Assembly (NCBI GenBank): GCA_036172245.1 | Contig: JAYWIR010000013.1 | Location: 3,348,001-3,412,000 of the forward strand | Direction of reading: 5' to 3' | From: Raillietiella orientalis | Lineage: Eukaryota | Length of the DNA: 64,000 bases | Shown here: positions 49,879 to 62,960 of the stretch, piece after piece | How the letters are laid out: each line of letters opens with the position of its first letter | How positions within the stretch are numbered: position 1 is the first letter of the stretch | Made by a program: the position numbers and the translations under genes | Notes under the pieces: generated by a model | Database searches by the model: none | What the model was told of the DNA's origin: nothing | The model's input: the letters and a program-made list of their open reading frames with translations, nothing else

Positions 49879-52049
49879 TTGTGATTGGTTGGTGATCCCT
49901 TTTGTTGCAAGATTCCCGACGGCAACAGCAGCAGAAACCTGGACCAAAGCACGAGGACCTTTATTCTTTTACTTTTGGCAAGCATGCCAAGAACTCGCGG
50001 CGGACGTGGGCCGGCCCCAGGGTCGGGCTACCTTTCTCGTCGAGGGCTGCAGCGCTCGGCGAGAAAAGTTCGTCCGCGATCGGAGGGCCGTTCGGTGAGG
50101 GCGGGCCGCAACGACGGGCGCCTGCACCGATAAGAGCGCGCGCGCGCGCGCGCGGGGCGCACCAGCGGGTGCGGGCTCGGAGATGCGCACGCGCGCCGTT
50201 GCTTTCTTCCCTCGGGGGACCGCATGGCGGGAACAAGAAGGACCGTCTCCCCATTTCCGGGTCCCGGGCAGGGACCCGGAAATGGAGAAGGTCCTTCTGG
50301 CAACCTTTCCTCCGCAGTCGCGTCCCCGACAAGCCCTCCCGCTCGAGGCATGCGAAGGCGCTGCCGAGGTGGGCGGTGGGATGCGCACGGACTCCTGTGC
50401 CCTCCGGAACAACCACCCCTCGAACGCTGGTGCTGGGGCGATGGTCAGACGTCTGCGAATGACCTCCCTCCCATGGCGGCGGGGAGGGCTGCCGGGTTGT
50501 CATGCGCGGTGGAAGGGGAAAAAGGAGCCAGCGGACTCGCTCCATCCGGCGCCTGATCCGCTGCCGGTCCTTCGTTGCCAGGAGACGGAAGAAAGAATCT
50601 CCGGAGCGTCCCCCACGCTTCCAGGCGATCCCGAAGGCGGTCAGCGAAGGCGGTGGCGACGGGCACGCTCCACTCGAGGGGAGCAAAACGAGGATTCTCT
50701 CCCTCACCCCCTTTCCTTGCGGGCGGTGCGCGCTCCCGGGGGTCCCGGAAGGGGCCGGGAAAGCTGGGAAGGGCGGCGGCTCCAGCTCGTTCCCCCGCTA
50801 GCCGGGAACGCTTCCTCCTGGGGAAGCACCCTATGTCGGGGTCCCGGGGACGCCCGGCCTCAGGGAGGAGGTGCCTGGCCCGTCGGACGGGGGTCGGTAG
50901 TTTCCCTCCCTTCCCCCACGGCGCGCGCGTAGCTCGCTATCCGACCCGAGCCGGCGACGCCGACCAGGGTGGGTGTCCGACCTTACTCGTTTCTGCCACG
51001 GGGGTGGACGGTGAGACTGAGAGAGTCCGTCCGCTTGCGCAAAGCCTCCGGGAATCCAGGAGGCGCCGGGATGATGCTGTGATGTTCAGCTGCTGATGAT
51101 CTGAGCGTCGCCCTGGGGGGACGAGTGAGCCCCACTCCCGCTCAATCTCACGGCGAGCTCAGGAGTGCTCGGAGGGAGGAACGGAGGAGGAGGCGCCAGG
51201 TCACCTCCTCCCCCCTTTCTCAGAGGCTCCCCCCTCCCCCTCCCTCGCACGGGATGCGGCGCCCGAGGCATTCCTCCCGGCTCCCGCGAGCCCTCTCCCG
51301 CGCTCTCCCTTCCGGGAACGCCGCACGGAGGGGCGGACGAGCGCCCACCTGTTTCTCGCGCGCGCCGACTCGTGCCCGACTTGCTCCTCTCTAGACTTTG
51401 ATCTTTGTAGCCGCCGGGGGCGCCACGCAAAGCCGCCGCTACACCTTTGCTGCTGCGGGCGTGCTTCGCAGCGTATCTCCGGCTCCAGCGATGCCGCCAC
51501 CTCAGCCGTCCGGGCGCCGCCAGCAGCACCACATCTTCCTCCTCGATGGTAAGGGCGCGGAATGACCATAAGGTGGGGGGGGGGGACACGGAAGAGAAGG
51601 GCTTTTCGACCCTTTTTCTCGCGCGATGGAAGCGCCGGGAGCGGGGCGATCCGGATCGCTCTCTTCCTGCAGGACATGCCCTCCGGCAACTCGTGTTGCG
51701 CCGATCGCAGGAGAAGCAACGTTTCCTTGCTGAGACTGACGCAACGGCTGGGGAAAGGAAGGGTGGGGGGAAGGGAATGGACAGGGTGCGCCCGCGCGAA
51801 ATTAACCTCGGTCGCCGCGCACACCGATGCAGATGCTGGTTTGGGGACCCCTGGCTGGCTGTGTCATCTCCGCTGGCTTGTGAACCGTCGCCGGAGTGCA
51901 CGCACCGCACTGTCCCGGAGGCCCAGCGTCGAGAAAGGAGGGACGGAGGAGGGGAGGGTTTCCAAGACGACTGGCGTGTCCTGGTGGAGGTGCCGCGCGC
52001 ACCCTCTGAAAGCGCCACGCGTCGCGTCGCCAACGGTATCCGCGGATCT

Positions 52050-54047
52050 ATGCTCTCCGGCTACTCCGCCCTCCCCCGCGTCGGAGAGCGCTCTCCGCTT
52101 CCCGGGGCCCCTTCCCGTCACCGTTCCTCCTTGGCACGGTTTCTCTTTGTAGCTTCGCGGTCCCGCTGCGGCCTCCGCCGCTCTGCGGAGCGCGTCCTCA
52201 TCTCTCCGGCCTGCGTGGTGGCAGCGCTCCTGGCGATCGGATGCGTCGGCGTGGCTCACGCGGAGGAGATTCTCATTCCTGCATTCACCGCGCCGCGGAG
52301 CCACATGCAAGTCCTCCGCTCGCTGGCGCGGATCCTGGCGGAGAGGCGCGGCCACAACGTGACCCTCATCTCGCCTCATCCCCCGGACGCGAGGATGCCC
52401 TCAGGCGTGATCCAGCTGACCAACGATGAGCTGCAGAGGGAAATGAAGTCCGTCTCTCGCTGGGTGGTGGAGATGACCAGCGACCGGAACTTCCTCTCAA
52501 GGCTTCTGGCCTTCTCCAAGATGATGGCGATGGATAAGAGGTGCTGCGAAGCGGCTCTGGGCGACCGCAGCATCCAGGAAGCCCTCGGGAGGAAGTACCA
52601 CCTGGTGGTCCTAGAAGCGTTCCTCAACTTCTGCACCTGGAAGCTTCCCCGAAGGGTCGGGGCACCCTTCGTCTTCGTCAGCCCCTCAGACGCATCCTTC
52701 CACATGCTGAGGTTGATGGGCCACGCCTACCTGCCCTCGTTCCACTCCGACATGTCCTCTTCCTTCGCCTCCGACACCATGACCTTCTGGCAACGCCTGA
52801 GGAACGCTCTGAGCTCGTTCCTGATCCACTCCTTGGTCAACTTCTACTTCTTACCTTTGTCCAAGACGTCTTTCACGGTGCCCACAGGCGACGGCAGCTA
52901 CGACGACGACCTCACGTTGGACAAGATCGTCGCAAACGCCTCCCTGCTCCTGAGCAACCAGCATTTCTCCCTGTCTTTCCCGAAGTCGCTACTCCCCAGC
53001 GTGGTTGAAGCTGGAGGACTTCATATCGGCGAGGCGAAACCCCTGCCCAGGGTGAGTGGAAGGAGAGGTCAAAGAACCTGGCACGGAGACCCACGGAAAG
53101 CTTCCTCCTCCCTCCTCCTCCCTTCCTTCCTCCTCCGCCTCCTCGTCTTTCGCCTGGTCCATTCCAGGAAGTGGAGGACTTCCTGCAGAAAAGCGGCGGC
53201 AGCGGTTTCTTGTTCTTCAGCCTGGGATCGATCTTCCCGACGCTGTTCGTCAAGGAGTCTCTGAGGCGCTCCCTGTTGGAGGCCTTTGCGACCCTGCCCT
53301 TCCCGGTGATCATGAAGTGGGACGAACGAATAGACCACGTTCCCAGGAACATCCTCATATTGCCGTGGGCTCCGCAGCAGGACATCCTCGGTCGGTACCC
53401 GGGGCAGGGAGGAGAGGTTGCACTGACCGCTGCCGCGAGGCGCTCCTCCCTTCTTCACAGCCCATCCCGGGATCCTAGCGTTCGTGAGCCACGGGGGCTG
53501 CCTGAGTACAGAGGAGGCGCTGTACCACGGCGTGCCCATGGTCGTCATCCCGCTCTTCGGCGACCAGCCGTATAACGCCGACCTTGTGGTGCGACGCGGG
53601 ATGGGGGTCAAGCTGGAGCTGGGGAAGCTGACCTCCTCCGGCCTGACTGAAGCCGTCATGGAGGTGTCTTCGAACTCCAGGTGAATCACCACCACCCACT
53701 TCCCCTCCCCCTCCTGAGGGGACTCACTGCCGCCTCCGTCACCCTTACCCACTCCCAGGTACCGCGAGGCGGCAGGAAAGACCTCCCGCCTGTTCCGCGA
53801 CCGGGTCATCGGAAGCAAAGACGCCGCCGTCTTCTGGATGGAGTACGCCATGCGCCACCGAGGGACCACCTCTCCCAACATCGCCTCGGGGAAGAGGCAG
53901 CTGGGCCTCTTCCGCTTCTACCTGTTGGACGTGCTTCTGGCTACTATCGCCGGGGTCGCCTTGGTGACGGCGGCGGTGTACTGCGCGGTGAGAGCCTGCG
54001 TCCGGGCCCTGAGGGCGTGGCGGCTGCGCAGCAGCGGCCGGCAATAA
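52050..54047 (+). CDS. UDP-glycosyltransferase (UGT, GT1 family), 4 exons; start codon uncertain
   Basis: Exons 52050?-53051, 53168-53390, 53461-53680, 53759-54047, GT-AG and in phase. Signal-like VVAALLAIGCVGVAHA-EEIL, catalytic RSH, RGHNVTLIS, MTFWQRLRN, GGLHI..AKPLP, FSLGS, signature WAPQQDILAHP...FVSHGGCLSTEEALYHGVPMVVIPLFGDQPYN, AVFWMEYAMRH and a C-terminal TM (YLLDVLL..). Confidence 0.92.
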
Positions 54048-57000
54048 AAAGAAACCGGGAAGCGGGGGAGTTCCCGCTCTACGGACCTACAGACTGGAAG
54101 CTGCATCCAGGAGCGTCCACACGGGAAGATGGCACGGTCTCCCGCCCTCCTCCACGCCCCTACTGAAGAAATCCACCTGTGCGCAGGAAGGAAACTCGCG
54201 CGTCCGGCTGGGACAGAAATCTCAGGACCCCCCTCGGCCACAGAAACGCGCGAGGTGCGACAGCAACCCCGCGGGACAGCGTGCACAGGGAGTCGCGTCC
54301 CACCCGAGCGGAAGGAGCGAGCCGCAAACGTCGTGCAGCCCCGCCGGGAGCAGTCTCCGCCCACCTCAGCTACCGGCAGGAGCAACCGCTCCCGATCACT
54401 ATCCTCCTCCACGCATCCCTCCCATCTTGTGCCGCTCTCCCAAGGTGCGCGCGTGCACCCACGGGGAGCACCAGGGGCGGACGGGGGGTAGGTGGGGATG
54501 CGAGGCCGAACGGAAGAGCGGCAGCAGCAGCTGGACTTGGATCGGGAGGAGTGGAAAGGTGGCCTCCCTGGACGCAAGAAGGGGAGGAGGAAGGAGGACC
54601 CCGGGTGCGTCGGGGAGGGGGGTAAGGAGCTTCGCCCCGATTCGGCAGCCGCGCGCCCGTCCGGAACCGCGAGTGCTCAGCTCGGTCCCCGTCCAGGGTC
54701 TCCGGCTTCCGGCTGAGAGCACGGAACCTACGAATCTCCCAGGCCGCGGCCGAAAACCCCTCCGAGTAGTCGGACAAGAAAAAAGAGGCACGTCGGGCGC
54801 GGTTGCTCCCGTCAGAGAAGGCAATCCCTGCCTACTTTTCCGGGAAGCGTTCCCAGTGTCGTGGGATTAGCCTCCGGATAACCCCACGACAACTTCCGAA
54901 AGTGCCGGCTCCCGGATGCTGCCATCTTGATAACCCGGTGCGTAGGGTGCGACCCGGGAGGGGCGCGGCGGTGGCTCCTGTCTTCCCGTGTTCCGCGGGG
55001 GAGGCATTCGCGGGAGTTGCAGCTGCGCACGAGCGAGCGGTCCGGAGAGAGGCTCGCTGGGGGCGTCCCCTCTACAGCTCCCTTCTTCGACGGTTGCTTC
55101 GTCAGCCCCGGGTACGCAACGAAGCACCGGAAGAGACCTCGAACAAGGGATTCGCGGTCGGGCAGCGTGCAGCTCCATCTCATAATAGAGATGGAAAGCG
55201 ACCCATGTGGTCCATCCGCCGTCAGATGGGTTTTTTCACGCTCTCGCCAGCCGCATTCCTCCACGGAAGATGGCAGCTTGGCAACGCAGTCGCGTTGCCA
55301 AGGCGACTAGGTGGACGCGCGACGTGTGTGTTCGCTGCTCTGCGCTTCTTGTCGCGCTTGCGAAATGCACAGCAGCAAAGAGCGACGTGAGAGCGATGAG
55401 AGACAGAGGCGCGGGACCGTCTCTCGTCGCTCTTTCTGTCGATAGTGCCGCCTTCCAAGCCCTGCATCCTCCTCTCCCCCCCCCCCTCTCCCCATGCGCC
55501 CCTTGGCACTCTCCTGGGGCCAGCGCAGAGCGGAGGCGACCGGTTGTGCGCGCTGACTCGCATCTCCTGAGAAATCCGCGTGACCCCGGTTTCGCGCGCC
55601 GGTGCTCGAGCCTCTGGAAATCGACGTTCGATGGCGCTCTCGCAGCCGCGTGAGCGAGCGCGACGCGATGGCCCGGACGGCCATTCTCTCTCTCTCTCCC
55701 CCCCCCCCTTCCCCCTTCCGTTCCTCGTGTTCCTTTGGCGTGTGAGAGCCGAAAAGGAGGCGAGACTTATCTCGCCCTGTTCCCGGAATCGTCGCCGACG
55801 CGCTTTCCGGGGGGGGTTCGCCTTCTGGGTCGCCTCTGCTTACGCTCTCTGGCGGTGCGGATGCTTGCAGCAGCAGAGAAGCAAGGAGGAGGAAGGAGGA
55901 GGAGTCTCCGGCGGATGCACTTCCGCGGAGCTTTGGGAACTGCCAACTGCCGAGCCGGCGATGGCTGGAGCGCCCTCCTCGCAAGCGAGAAGGGGGGGAG
56001 GGGGTTCATTGCTGGGTTGAGCATTGCTGTACGAATTAAGCTTCCTCGGAGAGCCCTCAACCTTGCCCTCGCGGTTCCGCACGGGCACGAGAGGAAACCG
56101 AATCCGGGAGGCTGCTGGGAGCTGGAGGCAGAGTCGAGGAAAGGAAGCGCCGAGAACCGTCCCGGGTTCGCCTCCTCGTCCCGCGAGTGGACACTTCCTG
56201 ACCAGCGTCTATCGGGGCGATTCTTGCCACTTTGGCGACCGGGAAGCCAGCGACGCGTAAGTGACGCATCGGACCCTGGGTGGGGGGAGGTCCCGCGTTC
56301 GGGGGAGGAGAAGCTGGAAAGCGCATCCATCGTCCGCTCTTCGAGTACGCCCTCCTGGAGCTTCCGGCGCAGGTCACCTCATCGGTTCAAAGCACCGGAA
56401 TGGCGGACGCGTCGTGACGTCACGCTTGCGAGAAGTCGCGCGGCCTGCGGAGGAAGAGCCCTCGACCGAGCTGCTCGCCGCCACGAACCTTCCCGCAGGC
56501 AACTTCTCGGAGCGAATGAGGGAGGGAACCTTGCGCGAAACGAACGGGAAACCGGGGCGACCGTCGCCTCTTTGGAGCGTTGCCTCGAGGGGATGCCTGG
56601 CGACGCCGACGTAGCCGGACCGCATCGTCACCCCACTGCTACTCTCCGCCACGTTGCTTCAGCATCGTTCCCGCTCGTCGGAAGCCGCGCGCGCTTCCCT
56701 TCCAGGCCCCCGGGAGGGAATAGGACTGCTGGCAGCAGTAACTGACCATGGCGGCGACGCTGGCAGTGACCCCTGGCGGCCCGGTTGCAGCACGTCTCCA
56801 CTCGGTCGACGTCTGGCGGCGGCAGCAGCCAAGAAGCCAAGTCATCCGACGAACCTCGCTGGCGGTCCGAGAAGGGTCCTCAAGGGAGCACCCGTTCCTT
56901 TCGGCAGCCGGTTTGGCAAGCGCGAGATCCGGAAGAGGGCGGAACCGAGAGCTCTGGACGCCCGCTCCCGGAACGCAAGTACGAGGGAACCGCGGTCTCC

Positions 57001-57089
57001 TCCGATGGCGTGCAGGGATTGCCGCGGAGAATCCGCGGCGAGAGCCTCCGGGAATTCGAAGTTTCACCTGCCGGGGTTACCACGAGCGG

Positions 57090-57121
<32 letters not shown>

Positions 57122-60100
57122 GCTGGTGGTTACGCGCGCGCGTCGGGGAAGGGGGGGTGGCAAGAGACGCACCGGCAGCGGAGGAGCGGGAGGCTGCCGA
57201 CGCTCCCTGGCAACGCAAGGAGAGCAGGTCCCTGTGTGTCTCTGTGATGGTCTTCCTCCAAGGATGAGCACAGAGGGAGTGCGCATACAAGAGGCGCCGG
57301 GGAGATGGGACGCTTTCACTGCCTTTCTCTTCATTTTGTTTTTGTTTTTTTTCCTTCCAAGGTCAAGTCGACTGGATGCCTCGCAGGCGATTGACAAACC
57401 GCGAATTCGATTGGGTGGAGCCTTCCCAAAGGTGGGTCCATCCCAAGCCATGTGTGATACAGGACGGCTTCTGCTGGCAACGGGAAGATCTCCGGCTCCC
57501 CACATCCTCCTTCCCTGCAGCGCGGGAAGCGTTGTCATCCTCCCGAGCCAGCAGCTTCTCGGCGTTTGCGCCTGGGTCTGCAGGCTGTGGTCCGGTCTCG
57601 GTCCAGGGTCGCAAGACCTGCAGGCAGTGCAGACGCGTCCGCCGAGAGAAGGAGTCCCGACTCGCACGAGGAGGTCAAAGTTCACGGATTCCGAGGGCCC
57701 ACACACACTCTTTGAGGAACGTCCGCTGCGCGCGAGGGAGAGGCGACGCGCCGCCACAGGCAGAAGAGCACGCGCTCCCTGCTGGTGGTGCTGTTGCGTG
57801 CGCGCGCTCTTTAGGCGGGTTTCATCCGCGAACTGTTGAACTGCCGGAAGCACCACGGAAGATGCGGTTGCCGGCCTCCCGGGAGAAACCAGGAGAAGGG
57901 ACAAGTCCTCGACGGATCCTCCGGAAAAAGCGAGGGGGGAGGGGATTCGAGATTGCATGGTTGCCGTCGGGAATCGAGATCGGCCCTGCGATCCCTCGGA
58001 AAGAATCGAAGCCGAGAGATGAGGGTGAGTCGCGGGTTCGAGTTCCTTCCGTGAGATGACGCTGGTCGGCCTCTGTTCATTCGGGTGCAGCGCCGGTGGC
58101 GGTTCAAACCGGATGCCCCCGATGAGTGGCGGGGACAATGGGAGTCGAGCTCCGGGTCCTCCGGGTCCCTCCAAAGAGGTGGAAGTTCTCCTCCGGTTGC
58201 TCAAAGGAGCGGACTCCCTCATTCTGGGGGGACCCTCCGTGGAGTAGGTGTGTCTCCACCTCTCCAGAGTCCAGAGAAGCGTGCCGCTCCCTTCGGGAAA
58301 GCAATGCCATTCTGAATTTCGGAAGGGTCCCTTCAGGGTCCTCTTCAGAGGAGCAAACAGGAGCGGTCGCTTGCGGGTTCCCTCCGGAGAGAGAACAAGG
58401 AAGGAGATTCCCTTCGGGGGTCCCTCCCCAGGAGCGAGAGGAACGGACTCCAAACCCTTCCTGGATTCACAGAGCGATCCCTTTCCGGGTACCCCCCATC
58501 TTGAAGAGTCAACACGTACCCTCGGGTGGCATGGAATAGCACCAAAGGGCTGCGTGGGCCGCCGCCGCCAGGGGCGCGACGGTTCTTGAGGTGCTCAGAG
58601 AGCCAAGAAAAAAAATGCTGGAAGGAAAACAGCGAAGACAGAAAAGAACCCCAAAGGGATTTTCATCGTGAGAGAGTGTGTTTTGCACTTCGTTTCTCTC
58701 TCTCTCTCTCAAAAGGCTGTGAATCTCTTGAGAAAAGGTACGCCGCCGCTGCTCTTGGAGTCTCGTTGCGATGTCGATGCCGCTTTTTCCCCCTCCTCTC
58801 TTGCATGCAACCGTGACCACTTTCCCTCCATTCGGTAGGGAGGTGATTCCGCTTCGGGACTCGGTGCTCTCGCGACGCCCTCCAGGGCGAGCCCGCGACG
58901 GGCAAGGAGAACCCCTGCAGGCCGGGACCCCAGAGTCCTGCGAAAATGGAAGGAGGGGAGGAGAACGGAGTCGCAGGTCCTCAAAATCACCCGTCTTCCC
59001 GGAGCCCTCTCGCCTTCCAACAACGCGGACCACTCGGGCCGCGTCTTCGTAGGTCTGGCGGTTGAACCGACGGTCTCTTCTGCTCGCGCGGCAACGCCTT
59101 CCGCCATCGGGTTTTCGCGCTCACGAAACGCCGTCGTCGTGGGGACTACGGGAGCATATCGACCCCCCCCCCCGTGTGGCAGAGGCACTGCTGAGACGGG
59201 CCTCGCAGGAAATCGCTGCCTCTTCCTACTTGGCACCAATTTCCTGTGTTCTCTGAGAAATGGATTCCAGACGAGCAAGGAGAACATGGGAATTTGAGAA
59301 ACAGTCTGTCGGGAAAACAGACAGCTAGTTCACTGGCTTATAGTTACCTATTAGTGTACATTTGTAATTGGAGACCACAGCGATCGCACCTTTAACGCCT
59401 CCCCCCCCCCCTTCCTCCCACCGGAAGGCTCCATCGTCCGCGAATCGCAATAAGCAGAATGCCATCCCGTCTTCGCTTGGAGGAGGAGGAGGATGCAGGC
59501 CAGGAAGGTGGAGAACCACTCCGTGCTGCTTCGTTCCTTCCGTCGGACTGCTGCTGTCGCTGCTGCTACGTGAGCGCACGTGGCGATCCGTGCACGCGCG
59601 CTCGCCCTGTGCGGACGACTGGTGCTGCGAGGTGAGATTGGAGAGATACACGCCGTGGACCACGAATGCTGCATACTTGTCTGGAGGCCGATCGAAATCT
59701 TCGGGCAGCCTAGTGACCGCGATTGGGTGACCTTTTTGATCATTCCGCTGCCGCGCGTACCTCCGGAGCAGCGGAGGCTCCACGGCGACGTACGCCGCCT
59801 CCGCGCTCCTTTGTGGGCCGCGTTCAACCGGCGCCGGTCGAAGGCGGCTCGAACTCGGGTTCGGGCGCTCCTCCTCTTTGAGGAACTCTTCAGGCCTCCG
59901 AACCAGCGCGCTGCTTCGCCCAAGCGACAGTGCACGGACACGCACCCAGCCTTCCACTCCTCCGAGGGCCATCGCAAAGGGTCACGAGACCCAGGTGAAA
60001 GGTCTCCCCGGATGATGATGGTCCGCCTGACTGAAGACGCGACCCTGTGCCTGGTTCACGCTCGTCCTGCTTGGTCACGCGCGGCTGCCTTCCCGCGTTA

Positions 60101-62329
60101 AAGACCTTCCTCTGCCGATGCCATGCAATCCGCTATTCCTCCCTTCCCAGTTTCCCTCTTAGCTGAGGTCGCGAAGACCGGCAGGAGATCGCTCTTGATG
60201 GGATTCGACTTTCCGACAGCGAACACAACCAGCTTCGTCCGCCGTGTGTTGCACAGCAACACCCAGAATACTGATTGCTGATTGCACTGTTGAAGTACGT
60301 GCGTGAGTACGCAGGAAAAAGAGTTTCTCTCCCCCCCCCCTCCTTTCCCGCGCCCTTGAAACTACATAAAAACTCAAATTTCGACCGAAAATATTGACTG
60401 GCACGCCTGTTTTCAAAAATAGCTGATGCTCTCGAAATAAGGAGGCACACGTTTATTGCTTGCCTATCGCAGACATGGAAACTTATCTCCGGGATACACC
60501 GACTTCGTGGAACCTTTGACCGTTACTTTGGCAATCCGCACCTCGCTCTCTTGTGATAACGGGCGAGCGCAACGGATGACGGTGAGAGGGTGCACACTTC
60601 AGGACGTCTTGAGATCTGCTGCGAAACGGTGCGGCGAAGACATTCTTCCCCGTGGTGGTGGTGGTGGTGGTCTACCGCGCGATCTTCGCTGACCCCACTG
60701 GACGTTCGACTGGCGTTTTCTGCTTTCCATCGCTGCCCAGCACGATAGGCAGCCTGTAAAAAAAAAAAAGAGAGAGAGAGAAATGCCTGCAGTTGCTGCA
60801 ACTGAGCTCTGCTTCCCCACCACACGTAGAAGAAGCGCACGCTCAATCAGGTGGCAGCTGACCGCAACATTTCCGTTTGGAATAACCCGACCTTCGGCGA
60901 AGCAGAACACGGTTTGCCTCGCGTGGCGCCTTGCGCGTGCTTCTGCCGTGTTCGGCTCCCCCGCCGTACACCAACGGCACGCGAGCGAGCCGCGCGCCGT
61001 GCCAGCGGCACACTCGGAGGCCGCTTTCGGAAATAGCATTGTTGCCGGGGCGACCGTTCCGAAATAACCGCGCGGGCGAGCCAGGGTGCCCGCCTTCCCC
61101 GACGCGCGACGCGTAGCTGAAAATCCAACGAAAAATAATACTACTTCGATGGGAACGCCCACGAAGGATTGGTCTGTCTTGACTAAGAAATCGGAGAGCA
61201 TTCTGGGGACTGATTTCCCCGATCTAGGTTGATTAACATTTAGATCCTTTTTTTTTTTTCTTTTTCTGGAATCACAGGTAATTACAGATGCTGAGTTTCG
61301 GAGAAAAGTGAAATAAAATGAAGAAAAAGAAAAAATGAAAGGGAAGAGAAATCCACACGCTGCAATTCAATGCTATAAATCAAACGATGGAATCAAAGGT
61401 CGGCAAAAACGCTAAATCACAGTGCATGACAGCTAAGGAATTTCACAGCGTGATCTCGGCGGCAGAAGTGCGCACCAACAGGCGTTTCGCGTCAACACTA
61501 CGATGGGTGTGCATTCAGTTCGGCTTTACCGTACGCGTCCTGGAAGACATGCAAATGCGGTGTTTCCGCATGCTGCTTTGGACGGAAGGGCCCCTGCTTT
61601 TGACCAATCCATCCGTGGTCGTCTCCGTCTCCGCTTGAGGGTCTCACTGGAAGCATTCTTTTAACGGCCCCATAAACCGCTACTCCGCCAACCAAGGATT
61701 GCGAATCCTCGCGGCGCACGCATCGGTCGATTCACTCTTCAGCCTATCTTTTTTCCCAAAGGACACGGAAGCACCACGGATTGACACCGACCCTTTTCTT
61801 TTTTTTTTTTTTTGCGCTCTACGCTGTGTTGACGAACTTTGCTGCAAGGAACAGCGGGGTTGCTTGTTCGTTGCATCGGAAGTATCCGGAGAACGTGCGT
61901 CGCGATTAGCAGTCCCTTAGCAGCTCCCAGCTACACTCAGTGCGCGCGTGGGACGCATCCTTTTCCAGTGTGTCCTCCAGTACCTCCCTGGAAACGAGAG
62001 TTTACTTCTCCCTCCGGCGTTCTCGCTCAGGTACATACTCGACTGAGGAATACCTTCTCGCCTTTCTCCTCCTCTCCCGTCGCTCTTGGAAGATGCGACC
62101 TCTTTCAAAATGGGCGCGTTGAGTCATGGGGTTGCCTAACCTCTTCCGGATAGGATCCTCACTGCCGGAGAGAACAAAAGTAGATGCTCTCATTCTTCGG
62201 GAAGCCCCTTAGGCACACCATTGGTCTGCATACCAAGTTGTCGCCCCCCACCCCCTACCCCACGCGTACGGACAGAACAGCCGCTGCAAATCTCCCGGAA
62301 GTGTTCCCGATAGCCAGAAAAAGGAGCGC

Positions 62330-62960
62330 CCACCGCGAGGTGGCCACTGTGGCCGTCTTCGAGACAAGTCGGCGCATCGGCACGAGGCGCGCGCGCGCAT
62401 GAGGGCGGTGAAGACTGCAGATGGGGCTTCCTGGTCGCCACTGTCATTGGATCACCTGAAGAGCACGCTGCTGGGGGAGGGAGGGATCCAGAAAACGAGT
62501 CCTCGTGAATATCCAGAAGTCCTGCAAAGGAATGCTGACTTGTCCAAGCTTCTCTCCACTTCCGCAGGCACCATCGGAAGAGCACCATCGTCTCTTCATC
62601 CCGCCGATTTTTGTAAGCGACTCCGGAAAAAAAAATCCCTCGGGGACACATGGCTCGGCGAAAGCGGAGTCGTGCGGCCAGGGAGGGGGGAGAGCTCGGA
62701 AAGAGAGGGTGGTTGTCATTCATCGAGCCTTTCCCAGTAGCCCTTGGGGTAAACCAAACCATGAAGACGGATGGAAGGGCCTCCACCTGCCTGGCGACTG
62801 AATCCCGACTGTTCCCGGGATGGCGACCCTCCGCTGAGGCGATCCCATGGAGCGGAATCGGCATTTGGCCCCAGGCGCGGTCTCACAACGACTGCCTCGA
62901 TGCCTGTGGAAGCTCTGCGTTTGCGGAAGATCAGGCGACTGCTCGTGCGTGACAAGCTTT
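62330..62960 (+). mobile_element. Decayed LINE (RTE-like) apurinic endonuclease fragment
   Basis: Ordered remnants across frameshifts: VATVAVFETS (cf. DIAALQETR), GFLV, LVQA, ADFCKRL (cf. GDFNAKV), GTHGSAKAESCG (cf. GKHGLGERNENG), VVIHRAF (cf. LVIANTF), RLLVRDKL (cf. SDHRLVVAKL). Confidence 0.4.

Noticed and set aside
51447..52049. N-terminal ~200 aa of the 605-aa ORF ahead of the UGT domain
   Set aside because: Starts at a non-ATG codon and is a low-complexity Arg/Gly-rich translation of GC-rich DNA; no homology recognised.
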